Part shown: positions 25,521-37,850 of the stretch, in pieces | Layout: each line of letters opens with the position of its first letter | Position numbering within the stretch: position 1 is the first letter of the stretch | From: Mobula hypostoma | Taxonomy: Eukaryota | Assembly: GCF_963921235.1 (NCBI RefSeq) | Contig: NC_086109.1 | Coordinates: 20,958,001-21,022,000, forward strand | DNA length: 64,000 nt | Reading direction: 5' to 3' | Notes under the pieces: model-generated | What the model saw: the letters and a program-made list of their open reading frames with translations, nothing else | Told to the model about the DNA's origin: nothing | Databases searched by the model: none | Translations under genes and position numbers: made by a program

Positions 25521-28500
25521 AAAATTCTGAAATAATCCACTCCGAACTGAATTGGAGATCCTCAACACAACCAGACTACTTTTGCTGGTAGGGAAAAAAA
25601 GATGCAAGATTGCCAAACAGCTTTCAACTCTGATAAAATGTGTTCATTATCGATACTTTCACAAGTTTACTACTCTAGGTTCCAACATCAGGTACAGTTC
25701 TGAAAGGATTAGGCTGCAATGCATTCAATCTACTACTCAGTTTTGCTGTCTAGCCCCATCCTACACTCAAGAGCATGCCCACCTCCTACTCAGGAGTCAG
25801 GGATTATTTGGGTACCCATTCATCTTTAATTGGCTATCAAGAACCAGGTGTTTTTTCCTTCCTCACCCAAAATGCAGAAATTAGTTTACCAAAATTATCT
25901 TCCTGAACTATTAGATCAGGAATACAGGCTATTGAAAACAAAAACTAGTAAATTTCCAGAGTAACAAGAGCTTTAAAGAAACAGACCATTTCCTCTGACA
26001 AAGCTGGGGAATTCCAAATGACCAACAGCACCTCCACCCAATTATACTTGTGACTTAACAGTCAGTTACTGGACAACTGCCACATTTAAAAAACAGCACA
26101 GACTAGCAAGCTAAAGAAACCAAACATAAAAAGATGACAAGAATTCCAATTGCACTTTTCTTCCAACTCCCCTCCACTAATTTCTAGTAGCATTGAAACA
26201 CCATTAAGGCAACTCCCAATTCCTCAGTCATCTGTCAAGAATAACAGGCAAGCAATCTGTTTCTGTAGGATACACAGAAACACCTCCCAATCATCTGTTT
26301 TGCACATTAAACAGTGGGTCGATTTACATTACATAGCAGAGCAAGTATTGGAGGGCAAGTATAGTGAACCAGTTCAGTGTTCAAGAGCAGCAGGTATGGT
26401 TGTCCAAGATTTATCACCCATACTTAAATTTCAATAATACTACCCTTGGACTCTTAAGGGCATCAACCTGCTCCAAACTTAAATACATGTGGAATAGTCA
26501 TAAATCAAGATGACAAATTCAGTGCCTTGCAGATTCCCAAAAACTAGGCCCATCAGCAGCTGTACAAGAGGACACATGAAGTATGGATCAGAGAATGAGG
26601 ACGCAAAAGGTTAAAAGATAGGAAGTAGTCAAAGGTAAATCAGATCAAGGCCAGGAGAAATTTAAGAAAAGGAGTTTTCGCTTTAACACCACTGACAGTC
26701 ACTACAAGGTATAATTGTCATTCAGATCAAAATCATCTCCTAAATACTACAGGAGGGAAATTTTTGATACCAATGAAGCAGTAGGCTGCAAAAAACATGG
26801 CTTGTATTGAAGTTAATAGTTAAATGCATTAAATTGGTGACCTCATTGTCATCTTACTGCTATTGTAAGTAGTTACATCAATGATCTCAATTTTATGACC
26901 CATATGTTTGAATTTAAACATTTTAGCAGTGCTAGTGACCTATTTAGAGATGTGGACAATTACTTCAATAAAATGAGCCAATGACAAATATGAAAGTGTA
27001 TGAACATACTATAATTCATCAAACATGCACCTGCAATGCAAAACAGAATGCAAAAGACATCACAAATGACAGTTGGCAAAAAGGATTAGCCTAAATTCAG
27101 TAGACTTAGTTTGCTCATGAATAATAAAATTTCCACTGCATAATTATAAAATTGCTGGTTTAAATCCCTCCCTAAGTGTCTCATACACCTTCAAATTGCA
27201 ACTTAAAATACTGTTTAAAACAGACTGAATTTGTCATTCAACCAAGTGTTTTACAATATAGGAGCATGTTAAATGATGTTATGCAAATGGAATTTTGGGG
27301 CATGCCAACTGGTAACAATGAATTTGAAAGCATGTGGACAGCAGGTGACCTTATAGCATGAAGATGCAAGAGGTCAAGGAGGAGGGAGAGAAAACAAGCA
27401 GAATTACTCCACAGAATTTGAGGCAGTGATGTTCAAAAATTTATTCTCTAGCCACTGCCACCCTTCTCCACCCATCTGCATCCAATACCCTTGATGTCAA
27501 GAATAATTTTCTGCTGGAAGGGCTTTGCCACTTTTCTTATCCAACTCTGGATGGCAGCAAACATTGGTCCCATTATCTAAATGATCAAATGCTGTGAACA
27601 AGCCCAGACTAAGTTTCTGTGTTATTCAAACATCACAAGGCAGCTCAATCCTCTTTTCTGGAAGCACTTTCAGCAACTCCTCTTACTCCCCAACATTCAG
27701 CAATTCTCAAAAAACTTGAAAACTGTCCTAATCTACAAAGTAATTCAGAAGGCAGAATGTGCAAGAATTTTTATACCAGCTAAAACTGCACAATTAAACT
27801 TTTAAATAGGTCAGCCAGAAACAAAGGGAAAAGCATGCTACTATAAACAGATTGCCTTTATATTGGACTTGGGCAGAAAAATCTCCCTAAAGCACTTTAG
27901 AGGCATTACCAAAAACATTTCGAGCTAAAGATATCAGATGTGGCTAAAACTCAAAGGTGAACTTCATGGAGTCTATGGACAGAGGCAGGGAAGGAAATGA
28001 TACACTAGAAGCCAGAGGGAATAGTGGAGGATTTCTTCCAGAAAATAAAGACCAAAACTTGCAATTTTTCAGGACATTCCTGAGCACTGCACAGCCAATG
28101 AACTTCTTTGGAATCAAGTCACTGGTGTAATGGCATATGAAGCAGCAATGATTCACATCCAAGCATACATCACTTAGAGCAAATGTCTGCCAAAATACAC
28201 ACTGCCCTCATCAGACATTTATATATTACATTCTAACTTTGAGTGTAACTTGATTTCACCCATTTCACACCTTCTGTGACTAATAACTTTGAGATTTTAT
28301 AAATTCTACTTCACCCCCTTCCAACTTCTGCCATCTACTGATCTCCTTACTCTCTCAACTGCTCATCTCTATCCCAAAAGCCCACATTCCCTAACTTCAG
28401 ACACCCATCAACCCAACTTGATTCTATACCTGCTACCACCAGCCCATTCAGCCACACTACATGCCCTTCCAGTCACTGAACCCACCTCTGAATACTTCCA

Positions 28501-29339
28501 TCATTTTACTACACTTCACAGGAGCTACTTTTACCCTATTAATCTGCATTTTCTACAACATGCACCATCCTCCTCAGTCAGTCCTCACCCACACCACAAG
28601 CCTATGGGCATTTCTTTTACACCAAAATCCAGTAGTACCTCACCAACTGCAGTTGCTTACTATTCCCCAAATTCTGAACTATGTCTTCTGGCCTAAATAA
28701 CCACCCTACCAGCAGTTTACACAATTCAACATCACTACCCAACAGACACACAGGCACCATCTCACCATAAAAGCCATCAGCCAGTTATGGAGTGACCAAA
28801 CAGGCTTAAGCACTCAACTGCTCAACTCCAAATTGCATTCTTCCAGCTGAAGGCACTTCCATTTTGCTTTTGCTATCAAAAAAATTCTTTCAAGGTTCCT
28901 GAATATTTAGAATTCTCTACCTCAAGCATACTAGGGTCAATGGAAATACTCAAGGCAGATATTTAATCTACAGTGGGCATAGGAAGGAACGTGGGGTCAA
29001 ACGTGACCAAACAGACTCAAGGACTCAATTGCTCAACTCCAGTTTGCATTTTTGCAGCTGAAAACACGCTCCTGTTTTACTCCTCTAACACTAGCCCAAC
29101 CCACAGTAGCTTATCTGCTTCTTTCTTACCCTTCAACCTCTCACCCCTCCCCAAACATGTATTTTCAGACCCTCAAGACAGACGAACAGACCTTAATATC
29201 TTTTCCCCGTCGCAGTTGCTTTTCAGAGAGCTCCCACCATTTATAACCTTTCAGTTCCACACCCAACGACCCCAACTCCTCCGCTCCTATACCCCTACCC
29301 CGGTCCCGACCCACTTGCCTAAACTGTAGGAGCTACTTC

Positions 29340-29770
29340 TCTCCGCTAGCCCCAAGCCGTTTGAGGGGGTCGGCCAGGGCCCGCTGACGCCGCGCTCTCC
29401 CTCCGGCCTCTACCCGCCGCGAGCAGCGCTGCGGCGGCTAGCCGCCTGGCCAAGACCCAACCCTGGGCGTGGCGGCCAAGCAGCGGTCGCACACGATAAA
29501 ACCCGCCGGCCTCAGCGACACTTTTCGCCAACAGCAGCTCGCTTCGGCGCCGGCACCTTCAATCTCACCTGCTCCGAGCGCTCAAGTCGATCCGGGACCA
29601 CGGTAAACGCACGGCCTCCGCCTCAGCTCCGCTCGGTCGGGGGACAGGGGGCGGTTAATGAGCAATTGCCCACACCCCTCCCCACGTGACATCACCCACG
29701 TGACTCTCCCCCTAGGAATCACGGGACAATCCATACGAATTCGGCATCTCCCGCCTTGCCCCTTAAAGGT
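29340..29770 (-). promoter_or_regulatory. CpG island and RHOC promoter
   Basis: Dense CpG and GC content in a CpG-poor window. GC box GGGGGCGG (29647-29654), CACCC box, two CACGTG E-boxes (29683-29688, 29697-29702), CRE-like TGACATCA (29687-29694). Confidence 0.85.
29569..29640 (-). other. RHOC: Probable non-coding first exon of RHOC
   Basis: Strong donor GCAG|gtgaga at 29568 inside the only clear CpG island. The ATG exon begins with an acceptor, so an upstream exon is required. TSS approximate. Confidence 0.7.
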
Positions 29771-29904
29771 GCACTCCCACTTGGAAAGGGATGGCCATTC
29801 AGCCTGTCGAATCTGCCCTCCACTCAACATAGTGTAATCTAACGAAAGCGGAATCAAATAGGCGCTGCGAATAAAGTGGAGACCATGCATCGTATTTGAA
29901 GAGT

Positions 29905-30497
29905 CACTGGGTTACAACTGGGGGTGCACCTAGATGATAGTCTTGAGTGGAGCGCCAACACAGAGGCTGTGTACAAGAACCAGAGTCATCACTTCTTCGT
30001 GAGGAGAGTGAGGTCCTTTGGAGTATGCAGGTTTCTCCTTCACATATCCTGCTGTCGCCACTATAATCTTCTATGTGATGGTGTGCTGGGGCAATGGCAT
30101 CAACACGGGTGATGCCAACAGGCTTAATAAGATTAGAAAGGCTGGCTCTTATATGAGTCAAACTGGAGGCTGCGGTCGAACAGATGACCCTACAATTCTG
30201 AATAATTTTTCTCACCCTCTGCCTGCCTTGGCTGAAAAGAGGAGCACTTTTTCAGAATAGATTAAGACAGCTGCGCTGCTCGAAAGAGTGCATTATGAGG
30301 TCATTCTCACCCTCGACCATTAGGCTCTATAATGAGTCAACCTATAGTCGGGGAAGTGAAGGCCCCCTCCTGTTAGACCATTTGTGGTAACTTATTTTTT
30401 ATTATTTCTACTTCTCTTCTAATATTTAGATCTGTGGACTTGTAATGTTATTGTGGCACTGTAATTTCCTTTGGGATCAATAAAATTTCTATCTATT
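29905..30497 (+). mobile_element. Rex1/Babar-type LINE 3' fragment directly upstream of the RHOC promoter
   Basis: LGVHLDDSLEWSANT, VRRVRSFGVC, VCWGNG..DANRLNK; tail GGGATCAATAAAATTTCTATCTAT. Confidence 0.85.
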
Positions 30498-31325
30498 TAA
30501 ATTGTTCTGTACCTTACAATATTTAATTTATGCACTTTACTTTGTTATTCATGACTCATCTGTAGATTTTATCCTTACTTTTATAAGTTAACACACATTA
30601 CATGTGATATTTGTGTTGTACCGTGCTTTACACCTGGTTCAGAGAGAAACGCCTCATTTCTATATACATACTATGGTTACATACATATATACATAAATGA
30701 CAATAAACTGGACTTGATGTATTGAACTTTTGAGAGGAACTGCATCAAAGGTTATTCTGGAAAACAAATGTTCAGGATGTAGAAGGTAAAATAATAGGGT
30801 GGATATTGTAGAGCAGATGTGTCCAGTGGGGAGCTGGCCTTATTCTGATTGTCGAAAGTCGCTTTGTCGTGATTGGTTATTTTAGGAACTGCAGCTGCTT
30901 TTCCCGTTGGTTAACTACCAGGTGTCCAGTTTCGTATATCCTGGGTATAGAGAGAGTATGTGTGGTAGATTCTGTCTCTCCTCCGTTGTTTAAGGCAAGC
31001 GATGCACATGACCATTGGAAGGTATGCTCTGTGCGTGCTTTTAACTAAGTACATTTGCGGAATATATGTATGCTTGTTGAATATTCAGCTTTGTAGTTTC
31101 TGTAATTTGAGGAACATGAATGTTTGGTCAAATTTTCACTGTTTCTGAATAAATGATTAATACACTTATTCGAAATCAGTGCATTTTCTGTCTCACTTGC
31201 CAGATCTGTGAACCCGATTCAACATTACAATTCTATATTTCAGAAATATTTGAGCAATATTGTAAATGTACCATTTGATTAAGCATTCGTTGCTTGCATA
31301 ATTCATTATGGGTTATATGTAAATA

Positions 31326-31710
31326 CAGTACTGTGCAAAAATCTTTGGCAACCTAGGTTTTTTTAAAATATAGATTTTGTTTTAGATGTTTGTTTTTATC
31401 TTCACCAGTATGTCAGTAGAAAAGAGTAAATTTTAGATTTCCAAACACTTATTTTCCAAAATGATTAAATGTTTCAGAGATAATATTTTTGTATTTCATT
31501 AAAGTAACATATTAAGTAATAGACTACTTTACAATAAAAACTTGATTACTTTGTAGGTATATAGCCCAGTGCGTGATTAAACAAATATAACAAACAGTTG
31601 CTAATGATCAATGACAAAATAATTTGAATGAACTTAACCGATTAACTAAAACAGAAACGAGTGTAGAAGGAATCAGACTAGACAATGGGCAACCCATCTA
31701 AAAGGTGAGT
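31326..31710 (+). mobile_element. Tc1-like element left end (truncated)
   Basis: TA|CAGTACTGTGCAAAAATCTT terminus, shared with the MITE at 42484. Confidence 0.6.
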
Positions 31711-31835
31711 GACACTCAAGTTTTTTTTTAAAAAGGCAGAAAATGTATGAAATTAACAAGCAATGTGCATGGCCATGCGTTCATAAACAGTGAGTACCGG
31801 GTGATAAGAATCATAAATAAAAAAGAAAGTAGAAA

Positions 31836-32570
31836 ATGGCTGGCCACATTGGAAAGATAGATGGGTTCAATTTCACAACAAATAACTGGATGATGTATCC
31901 TGAATGAATTGAGCAATATTTTGAAGCAATGAAATAGCCAATGAAAAATGAGTGTTAGTGTTGCTGAGTGCAATGGGTGGAGAAGCATACAGTTTACTTA
32001 GAAGTTTAACTGCTCCAACCAAACCAGCTGAAATGAGCTTTGCTAATATCGTGATTGTAATGCAGGAACATTTAGAACCAAAACATTGTTGATTGTGGAA
32101 CGCTTTAGGTGTGTTGAGCATGTGGCCAAGTGGTTAAGGCGTTCGTCTAGTGATCTGAAGGTTGCCAGTTTGAGCCTCAGCTGTGGCAGCGTGTTTGTGT
32201 CCTTGAGCAAGGCACTTAACCACACATTGCTCTAGTGTCTGTGTGAGGAGTGGCGCCCCACACAGACTTCCAATCTGCGCCTTGTAAGGCATGAAAGTGC
32301 CCGACGCAGGCTTCTCATGGTCTAAGTCGACGTTCCCTCACCTTAGGTTTCGTACGTGGAATCCAGAGGGAGTCCAGTTCAGCATACATGGCTGATTTGA
32401 AGAAATTGTCTGAGCACTGTCAGTTCAGTAATGGGCTTAATTATGCACTGAAAGATCATTTAGTTCGTGGAATCTTACAAGAAAGCATTCAAAACCAGCT
32501 AATTGAAACACAACTCGCGTTTAAAAGAGCAGTTGAAATAGCTGTTCAAAGGAAACAGCAGACAGACAGT
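31836..32570 (+). mobile_element. Ty3/Gypsy gag pseudogene interrupted by a SINE
   Basis: MAGHIGKIDGF, VLLSAMGGEAYSLLRSLTAPTKPAEMSF, ERFR|F, MADLKKLSEHCQF..LKDHLVRGI, with stops and frameshifts. Confidence 0.8.
32111..32342 (+). mobile_element. tRNA-derived SINE with CORE-like domain
   Basis: Box A TGGCCAAGTGG, box B GTTTGAGCC, GTCCTTGAGCAAGGCACTTAACC. TSD TTAGGT at 32105-32110 and 32343-32348. Confidence 0.85.
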
Positions 32571-32574
32571 GTGA

Positions 32575-35500
32575 GGTGGTTTTCTAAAAGACCAGGAAGT
32601 GGTGATGTCAGACATTGTACTCACACATTATGATCCACATTTTTCAGTGGAGATTAAAAGTTGTTGTACCATTCAAACTGATAACAAGGGAGTTTAGGGA
32701 GTTAGGTACTAAGTTGAAGGGCAGGACCTCCAAGGCTGTGACATCAGGATTGCTACCCATGCAACATGCTAGTGAGGCTAGAACTAGGAAGATCATACAG
32801 TGTAATACGTGGCTAAGGAGTTAGTGTAGGAGGGAGGGCATATGATTTTTGGATCATTAGGTTCTTTTCCAGGGAAGGTGGGACTTGTACAGAAGAGACG
32901 GTTTGCACCTGAACTGGAGGGGAACTAATATCCTAGCAGGAAGGTTTGTTAATGTGGCATGGTGGGGTTTAAACTAGAGTTGCAGGAGAATGAGAACCAG
33001 AGTGCCAGAACAGGTAGTGGAGAGATTGTGGAGGTAGATGTTGGTAAGACCTCGAAGTTAGGAATCAAAAGGTTGAATATGGTGCAATAAAATCAAAAAG
33101 GGTGAATACAAGACTGAAGGTGTTGTATCTGAATGCACGCAGTATACGGAATAAGGTAGATGAACTTGTAGTTTCTTTCTAGTAATATCCATCTCAATTA
33201 TTTTTTTAAACCAACAATTTTGGATAAGGCCTTTTTAATTTGGAAAACCAAAGGAATAATAACTTTTTCAGATTTGTTTTTAGGGAATTGTTTAATGTCT
33301 TTTTCTCAGTTAGTGGATAAATATGATTTATCTCATGTATACTTTTTTTAGGTATTTACAAATAAGGAATTTTTTACGTGGTTTGTTGCCAAATTACCCT
33401 TCTGCTTATCCACCTAATATGACAGATGCTCCCTTTCAGTTTAAACCATTTCAAAAAGGGTTGATAGCTATAATCTATAAACTGTAATTGAATTCATGAA
33501 TGGTATCTAATAATAAAATTAAATGTGCTTGGGAATCGGAATTTCAAGAGTCATTTTTGAAGTAAAATTTTTCATTTGGTTAATAACTCATCTATTTGTG
33601 CCCATCATTCCTTGATACAGTTCAAGGTAGTGCATCGGGCCCATATGTCAAAGGATAAACTAGTGCGTATTTTTTCCAATATTAATCCTATTTGTGACAG
33701 ATGTAATATTGAGGTGGCCACTTTAACTCCTATGTTTTGGTCTTGTATAAAGCTAGACAACTTTTGAAGAGATGTTTTTAAAGTGCTATCAAAAGACTTG
33801 GATCTGGATTTACAACCTAATTTACTTGTGGTAATTTTTGGGATTATCCCATCGGAAGCAGGATATATTCCTGTTTCCGCTCAACGTATGATAGCCTTTT
33901 TGACTTTATTGGCTAGGAGAGCCATTTTATTGAAGTGTAAGGATTCTAATCTACCTACGATCTTTTATTGGCTTTCTTCCATTATGTCCTGTTTACGTTT
34001 AGAGAAAATATGAAGTTGGACATTTGATACATCCTTTAAATTTGAGCAAATATAGTGACCTTTTATTCTATATTTTCATTTGATTTATTACTCTTCCAAT
34101 TTTTTTTCCGATGTTTTGGATTTGATCAGAAAATCTTTCCTTTTTTTTGGTTGTATCCTCCGAATGGACTGCCCAGTCCCCCTTTTTTTTAGTGCAGTGT
34201 GGTTTGCTTCCCTTTCATTTTAGATTTAAAGTTTTTTGTTCCTTTCTTTATGAATTGATAAGAGGAGAATTAGTTGTCCTTTTTATTATATATTGCATAT
34301 TTTCTTATTACTATGTATGATTATGATACTATCTATTTCATCTTTTGTTTATATTGTTGCTGAGATATATATATTTGAGATAATTCTCCCCTTGTCTGTA
34401 TATATGTTTTCTCTAAATCAATAAAAAGATTAATAAAGGAAAGAAAAAGAACTCGTAGCATAGTTGCAGATTGGCAGGCATGATGTTGTAGGTATCACTG
34501 AATCATGGCTGAAAGATTATAGCTGGGAGCTTAACATCCAAGAATATACATTGTACTGAAAAGATAGGCAGGAAGGCAGTGCTGCTCTGCTGATAAAAAA
34601 AATTAAGACAAATCATTACAAAGAGGTGACATAGGGTCGGGAGGTGTTGAATCATTGTGGATAGAGCTAATGAACTGCAAGGATAAAAAGACTCTGATAG
34701 GAGTTGTATACAGACCCCCAAACAGTAGTAAGGATATGGCCTACAAATTACAACAGGAGCATGTCAAAAGGCCAATGTTACAATAGTCAAAGGGATCTTC
34801 AATATGCAGGTAGAGTGGAAAAATCAGGTTGTACTGGATTACAGGAGGCAAAATTTCTAGTGTGTCTACAAGATGGCTTTTTAGAGCAACTTGTGGTTGA
34901 GCCCACCAGAGGACCTGTTATTCTGGGTTAGGTTTTGTGCAATGAATCAGAATTGACTAGAGAACCCTTTGGGGCAAATGATCATAATATGATCGAATTC
35001 ACCCTGAAAATTGAGCAGGAGAAACTAAAGTCAGATGTATCAGAATCACAGTGGAGTAAAGGGAATTACAAAGCCATGAGAGAGGATTTGACCAGAATTG
35101 ATTGGAAAAGAACACTGGCAGAGATGATGGCAGAGCAGCTATAACTGGAATTTCTGGAAGCAATTTGAAAGGCACAGGATATACAGTTTAAATCCCAAAG
35201 AGGAAGAAGTATTCTAAAGGAAAGATGACACAACCATGGCTAACAAGAGAAGTCAAAGCCAACATAAAAGCCGAAGAGAGGGCATGTAATAGAGCAAAAA
35301 TTAGTGGGAAGTTAGAGGATTGGGAAGCTTTTAAAAAATCAACAGAAGGCAACTAAAAAAGTCATTAAGGTAAAGATGGAATATGAAAGTAAGCTAGCCA
35401 ATAATATTAAAGTGGATACCAAGGGTTTCTTCTGATGCATAAAGTGTAAAAGAGAGGCAAGAGTGGAAATCAGATCACTGGAGAGATAGTAATGGCGGAT

Positions 35501-35640
35501 GAATTGAATAAGCATTTTGCATCAGTCTTCACTGTGAAAGACACTAGCAGCATGGCAGAAGTTCCAGGAGTCAGGGTATTAAGTGTGTGAAGTTACCCTA
35601 ACTAGAGGGAAGGTTCTTAGGAAACTGAAAGGTCTGAAGG
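32575..35640 (+). mobile_element. CR1 LINE 5' half (ORF1 SGNH esterase plus ORF2 AP endonuclease), interrupted by an L1-type element
   Basis: SGLLP, NTWLRS, DLYRRDGLHLNWRGTNILAGRF; LKVLYLNARSIRNKVDEL|V...VGITESWL; FLEQLVVEPTR; GANDHNMIEF. Confidence 0.9.
33172..34448 (+). mobile_element. L1-clade LINE, 5'-truncated (ORF2 Cys-rich C-terminus, 3' UTR, A-rich tail)
   Basis: LIQFKVVHRAH...CDRC...MFWSC and ARRAILLK. AATAAA then A-rich tail. TSD GAACTTGTAG (33162-33171) and GAACTCGTAG (34449-34458). Confidence 0.9.
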
Positions 35641-36715
35641 TTCCTCTAATATTGCCCTTACCTACCACCCCATCAGTCTCCGTATCCAACATATTGTCCG
35701 CAACTTCCGCCATCTCCAAAGGGAACTAAACATACCTTTACATCCCCCCACCCCCACCGCTTTCCACAGGGATCGATCCCCCTGAAATTCCTCTGCCCAT
35801 TCGTCCCTCCCCATTAATCTCCCTCTAGGCCCTTGTCCCTGCAAATGCCTAAGTGCTACACCTGTCCATACACTTCCTTCTCACCTCCACTCAGGGCCCC
35901 AAACAGTCTTTCCAGGTGAGGCAACACTTCACCTGCAAATCTGCTGGGGTCATATTGTGTCCAGTGCTCCCAATGTGGCCTGCTCTATATTGGTGAGATC
36001 CATCGTTACTTGGGGAGCCTCTTCGTCAAGCACCATCGCAACATCCGCCACAATTGGGACTTCCCGGTAACCAAACATTTTAGTTCCAATTCCCATTCCT
36101 GTTCTGACGTGTCGGTCCATGGCCTCCTCTTGTATCAAGATGAGGCCACCATCAGGGTGGAGGAGCAACACGTTTTCTGTCTTGGTATCCTTCAACCTGA
36201 TAGCATGAATATCGATTTCTCTTTCTGGTAACGAAATTCCAACACCCCCTTCCTCTATTCCCCACTCTGACCTTTTACTTCTTCTCACCTGCCTATTTCC
36301 TCCCCCGGGTCCCCTCCTTCCCTTTCCCCTATTGTCCACACTCCTCTCCTATCAGATTCTTTTTTCTGCAGCCCTTGACTTCCCGCCCCCCGGCTTCACC
36401 TATCGCCTTCCAGCTAGCTTCTTTCCCCTCCCCCCACTTTTTTATTCTGGCATTTTCCCCCCTTCATTCTCCGCCCTGATGAAGTGCCTCAGCCCGAAAT
36501 GTTCACTGTTTATTCATTTCAATAAATACTGCCTGACCTGCTGGGCTCCTCCAGCATTCTGTTCGTGTTGCTCATGAAACACCTTCCCAGAACCAGGTTT
36601 ATTATCACAGACATGTGTTGTGAAATTTATATAAAATTTATATTTAAAAAAGCAGCATTTTGTGTGTGTGTGTGTTGCTTGAATTTCCAGCATCTGCAGA
36701 TTTCCTCGTGTTGTG
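35641..36715 (+). mobile_element. Penelope-like element 3' part (GIY-YIG plus terminus)
   Basis: LTYHPISLRIQH, FQVRQHFTC, CSQCGLLYIGE, HFSSNSHS..SVHGLL; terminus with CTGATGA..GAAA at about 36477-36499. Confidence 0.9.
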
Positions 36716-36789
36716 AAATTTGTTGTTAAGTAGCAGCTGTACACTGCAAGACATAAAAATTACAATAAGTTATAAAACTAAATAATTTC

Positions 36790-37850
36790 AAAGTAAATTT
36801 ATTATCTAAGTACATATATGTCACCATATACAACCCAGAGATTCAGTTTCTTGCAGGCATACTCAATAAATCGATGATAGAATCAATGAAAGGCCACACT
36901 AATTTGGGTGTTCAATCAGTGTGCAAAAGACAACATGCTGTGCAAATATAAAAGTAAATAAATAATAAATAAATAAGCAATAAATATCGAGCACATGAGA
37001 TGAAGAATCCTTGAAAGTGAGTACATTGGTTGTGAGAACAGTTCAATGATGGGACAAGTGAAGTTACAGTATCTCCTTTGGTTCAAGAACCTGATGGTTG
37101 AGGAGTAAAAACTGTTCTTGAACCTGGTGGTGTGAGTCCTGAGCCTCCTGTATCTCCTTTCTGATAGCAGCAGCTAGAAGAGACCATGTCCTGGGTGGTG
37201 GGGTTCCTGATGATGGATGCTGCTTTGCTCTGACAACACTCAGTGTAGATGTGCTCCATGGAGGAGAGGGCTTTACCATGATGGACTGGGCGGTATCCAA
37301 TTTTTTTTTGTATGCTTTTCCTTTCAAGGGCATTGGTGTTCCCGTACCAGGCTGAGATGCAGCCAGTCTCCACTATACATCTATAGAAGTTTGTCAAAGT
37401 TTTAGATGCCATGCTGAATCCTTCCAAACACCAATGGAAGTAGAGGGTCTGCCATGCTTTTTTTTTTGGTAATTGCAGTTTCATTCTAGGCTCAGGACAG
37501 GTCCTCCAAAGTAATAACACTGAGGAACTTAAAGTTGCTAACCCTCTCCACCTGTGATCTCCGATAAAGACTGGTTCATGAACCTCGAGTTTCCTCATCC
37601 TAAAGGCAATAATCAGCTCCTTGGTCTTGCTGACATTGAGTAAGAAGTTGTTGTTATGGCACTGCTCACCCAGATTTCTCCCTCCTATTTGCTGATTTGC
37701 TACCATACGGCCTATGGCAGTGGTGTGTATACACACACACAGTATATATTTATATATGTATTTCTTATGGTAATTTATAGTTTTTATCATGTATTGCAAT
37801 GTACTGCCACAAAACAACATATTTCACAACATATATCAGTGATACGGATT
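36790..37850 (-). mobile_element. Rex1/Babar-type LINE 3' fragment plus adjoining LINE tail
   Basis: NNFLLNVSKTKELII, SKTLTNFYRCIVE..GCISAWYGN. Confidence 0.85.

Noticed and set aside
28289..28696. 135-aa Pro/His/Ser-rich ORF in RHOC intron 1 (antisense)
   Set aside because: Compositional bias from a CA/CT-rich tract; no motif and a non-ATG start.
29346..29890. GC-rich ORFs on the minus strand (61 aa and 102 aa) in the CpG island
   Set aside because: Ala/Arg/Gly-rich by-products of GC content with no family motif; they overlap the RHOC promoter and first exon.
30740..31325. Possible LTR of the Gypsy element
   Set aside because: No second LTR, convincing TSD or PBS could be identified.
32111..32190. 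tRNA-like sequence
   Set aside because: It is a SINE head: it continues into a SINE body, has a TSD and has no proper acceptor stem.
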